Source: an uncultured Ignavibacteria bacterium (GTDB taxonomy: Bacteria; Zixibacteria; MSB-5A5; DSPP01). Taken from it: 64,000 nt of DNA. The translations under genes were made by a program, and so were the position numbers. The stretch is from positions 78,384 to 142,383 of the forward strand of contig CAZSIT010000003.1 of the NCBI GenBank assembly GCA_964607165.1, in the 5' to 3' direction. Below, in pieces: positions 62,068 to 64,000 of the stretch (positions are counted from its first letter, which is position 1; each line of letters opens with the position of its first letter). The notes below the pieces were generated by a model, which was not told the origin of the DNA, ran no database searches, and saw nothing but the letters and a program-made list of their open reading frames with translations.

Positions 62068-63129
62068 ATGTTTAAAAAGATTTTGTTTTTTGCAATACTA
62101 TTTTTTGGGCTGCTTGAGTTGGCTCCGGCGCAGCAGGCCCAGCCCGGCGCAAGCAAGGCGTTAAACCCAGATATTTCCGTTATCAGCAACTTTCTGGGCG
62201 GCTACAATTTCGACGCCGAGCAAAAGGGACGCTTCGACCTGGACGAAGTGGAAGCGAGCTTTCAGTCCAACGTTGACCCGTATTCGCGGGCAGATGTCTT
62301 TCTTTCAATCACGCCAGAAGCGGTAGAAATTGAGGAGGGGTATTTGACCCTGTTGAAGCTCCCCGGTCGGTTTGGTGCCAAAATCGGCAAAATGAGGGCA
62401 AATTTCGGAAAGGTTAACACTCAGCATACACACCTTGTTCCGTATACCGACCGGCCTTTGCCGGTTGTCCAATATTTCGGCCCGGAAGGTTTAGTGGAGG
62501 TGGGGATGTCTGTTTCGCGGACTTTACCGGTTCCCTTTTTCTTGGAGGCGACCGCCGAGGCCTTCTCTGGGGATAACGAGACGGCCTTCGGCTCCGGCGC
62601 TTTTAAAAAGCCGCTTTTTGTTGGCCATCTGAAAGGGTTCTGGGATTTGGGAGAGGCCTCCAACCTGGAAATCGGCGCTTCGGCAGCCCACGGCTACGGT
62701 GCGGAGCCGGATTTTACCCGGAATCTAATCGCAGGAGCCGACCTGACCTTCCGTCACAAACCTCTGATTCAGGGGCTTTACCATTCTCTTCTCTGGCGGA
62801 ACGAATTTTTCTATCGGCGCCCTTTCAACCAGGGGCCAAACCTGATTGCCCGGGGGTTTTATTCCTTTCTGCAGTACCAGACCGGGCGGCGATGGTATTG
62901 GGGAGCCCGCCTTGATTTTGCCCAGGAGCCGGAAAACAACGCTTTGGCGCCCGGAAAAATCTATCACCAACTTGCCTATTCCGGAATGGTTACCTTTACG
63001 CCCAGCGAGTTTTCCCGGTTTCGCTTGCAATACCGCCGGACGGACGACAACGCGGGGGCAGCCGGCGTAAACGAAATTCTGCTCCAGGCCAACTTTTCCA
63101 TCGGCGCCCACGGCGCCCACGTCTTTTAG
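62068..63129 (+). CDS. Hypothetical outer-membrane beta-barrel protein
   Basis: GGAGGAG SD then ATG 62068. Signal MFKKILFFAILFFGLLELAPAQQ. Beta-strand periodicity. C-terminus ..SIGAHGAHVF. Confidence 0.72.
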   Translation: MFKKILFFAILFFGLLELAPAQQAQPGASKALNPDISVISNFLGGYNFDAEQKGRFDLDEVEASFQSNVDPYSRADVFLSITPEAVEIEEGYLTLLKLPGRFGAKIGKMRANFGKVNTQHTHLVPYTDRPLPVVQYFGPEGLVEVGMSVSRTLPVPFFLEATAEAFSGDNETAFGSGAFKKPLFVGHLKGFWDLGEASNLEIGASAAHGYGAEPDFTRNLIAGADLTFRHKPLIQGLYHSLLWRNEFFYRRPFNQGPNLIARGFYSFLQYQTGRRWYWGARLDFAQEPENNALAPGKIYHQLAYSGMVTFTPSEFSRFRLQYRRTDDNAGAAGVNEILLQANFSIGAHGAHVF

Positions 63130-63138
63130 GAGGACAAA

Positions 63139-64000
63139 ATGAAAAAGATAATTTTCAATTTGATTCTTTCGCTAACCTTGGCCTCGGTTGCTTGGGCGAA
63201 GGTGAAAGTAGTTACCACCCTGCCGGATTTGGCCGCTTTGGTTTCGGCCGTCGGCGGCGACCGGGTTGAAGTTACCTCCATCGGCAAAGGGTATCAGGAC
63301 CCGCACTTCGTGGACCCCAGGCCCTCCTTTATTTTAAAAATCCAGTCGGCCGATTTGCTGTTCAAAATGGGTTTGGGTCTGGAACTCTGGCTGGACCCTT
63401 TGGTAATCGGGGCGCGCAATTCCAAGTTAAAGGTCGTGGACTGCTCGCGGGGCGTGCCGCTTTTGGAAATTCCGACCAGCGTGGACCGTTCGATGGGGGA
63501 CATTCATCCCTTTGGCAATCCGCACATCTGGCTCGACCCGGCCAACGGCAAAATCATCCTCGATTCGGTGGCCGCTGCTCTGGCACGCACCGACCCGCCT
63601 AACGCTTCTTTTTACGAGGCCAACCGAGCGGCTTACGGGAAAAAACTGGACTCCGCTTTGACAATATGGGAGGCAAAGTTGAAGCCGTACGCCGGCACGA
63701 AAGTGATTACCTATCACAACAGCTGGCCTTACTTTACCGAACGCTTCGGTCTGGTGCGGGCTGGATATTTGGAGCCCAAGCCGGGGATTCCTCCATCTCC
63801 GTCCCATCTGAACGAACTAATTGAACAGATGAAGCGTGAAAAAATTAAGTTTATTCTGATGGAGCCGTATTTTTCGGACAAAGACCCCAACCTGGTGGCC
63901 CGGCAAACCGGTGCCAAGGTTTTGGCTTTGGCTTCTTCGGTGGGGGCATTCAAAGGAACGGATGACTACATTGCGATGTTTGATTACGACGTAAACCTTC
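63139..64000 (+). CDS. ZnuA/TroA-family metal ABC transporter substrate-binding protein (3' end beyond window; not in ORF track)
   Basis: Hand translation gives MKKIIFNLILSLTLASVAWAKVKVVTTLPDLAALVSAVGGDRVEVTSIGKGYQDPHF...HPFGNPHIWLDP...ITYHNSWPYF...EPKPGIPPSPSHL... The frame is open to the window edge. Confidence 0.88.
   Translation, partial: MKKIIFNLILSLTLASVAWAKVKVVTTLPDLAALVSAVGGDRVEVTSIGKGYQDPHFVDPRPSFILKIQSADLLFKMGLGLELWLDPLVIGARNSKLKVVDCSRGVPLLEIPTSVDRSMGDIHPFGNPHIWLDPANGKIILDSVAAALARTDPPNASFYEANRAAYGKKLDSALTIWEAKLKPYAGTKVITYHNSWPYFTERFGLVRAGYLEPKPGIPPSPSHLNELIEQMKREKIKFILMEPYFSDKDPNLVARQTGAKVLALASSVGAFKGTDDYIAMFDYDVNL

Noticed and set aside
1-64000. I looked for tRNA/rRNA genes, transposases, integrases, toxin-antitoxin pairs and recognisable phage-defence genes.
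   Set aside because: I did not recognise any. The intergenic regions large enough to hold a tRNA (24.8-25.4 kb, 42.9-43.3 kb, 38.9-39.1 kb) showed no cloverleaf-compatible sequence on inspection. An automated tRNAscan/Infernal run would still be needed to be certain.

Overview
This 64-kb window comes from a bacterial chromosome. T9SS-type C-terminal domains, an adjacent porU/porV-like pair and TAnnTTTG-type -7 boxes suggest an uncultivated FCB-superphylum-like lineage; this is inference, since no search was possible. (1) 1-14.1 kb holds a canonical, tightly packed S10(partial)-spc-alpha ribosomal cluster, rplD through rplQ, including secY, adk, map, infA, rpmJ and rpoA. Several r-proteins carry charged low-complexity tails. 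(2) 14.1-18.2 kb holds a small membrane protein and the nucleoside catabolism operon deoB-cdd-deoC-pdp. (3) 18.3-29.5 kb is a cell-surface island. It holds an outer-membrane (OM) barrel, a Cys-rich secreted protein, a PQQ sugar dehydrogenase, a tandem array of three paralogs (one frameshifted) and an M6 protease. Five of these proteins share a dockerin-like C-terminal module with conserved cysteines and a terminal Pro-Cys. The paralogs also have a cohesin-like N-terminal domain. (4) 29.5-42.3 kb is mixed housekeeping and accessory: a cytochrome c, rlmN, a response regulator, a TPM protein, an amino-acid ABC permease/ATPase, an M1 peptidase fused to an Omp85-type barrel, an S8 protease with a T9SS CTD, an aminotransferase, asparaginase II and DUF554. 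(5) 42.3-42.9 kb holds an ArsR/SmtB regulator followed by two unannotated Cys-rich micro-ORFs, each with a strong Shine-Dalgarno (SD) site. (6) 43.3-61.1 kb is a nine-gene, co-directional, almost gap-free unit: a porU-like C25 peptidase, a porV-like barrel with a very large insertion, an M6/FG-GAP protease with a T9SS CTD, two paralogous membrane proteins, a propeller-like protein, a GNAT, a ~1090-aa OM protein and an Omp85. (7) 61.1-64 kb holds a hypothetical, a CxxC membrane protein, an OM protein and a ZnuA/TroA-type metal-binding protein truncated by the window edge. I saw no rRNA, tRNA, CRISPR array, transposase or integrase. The best candidates for something undescribed are the cohesin/dockerin-like surface module family, the extended porU-porV operon and the ArsR plus Cys-rich micro-ORF cassette.
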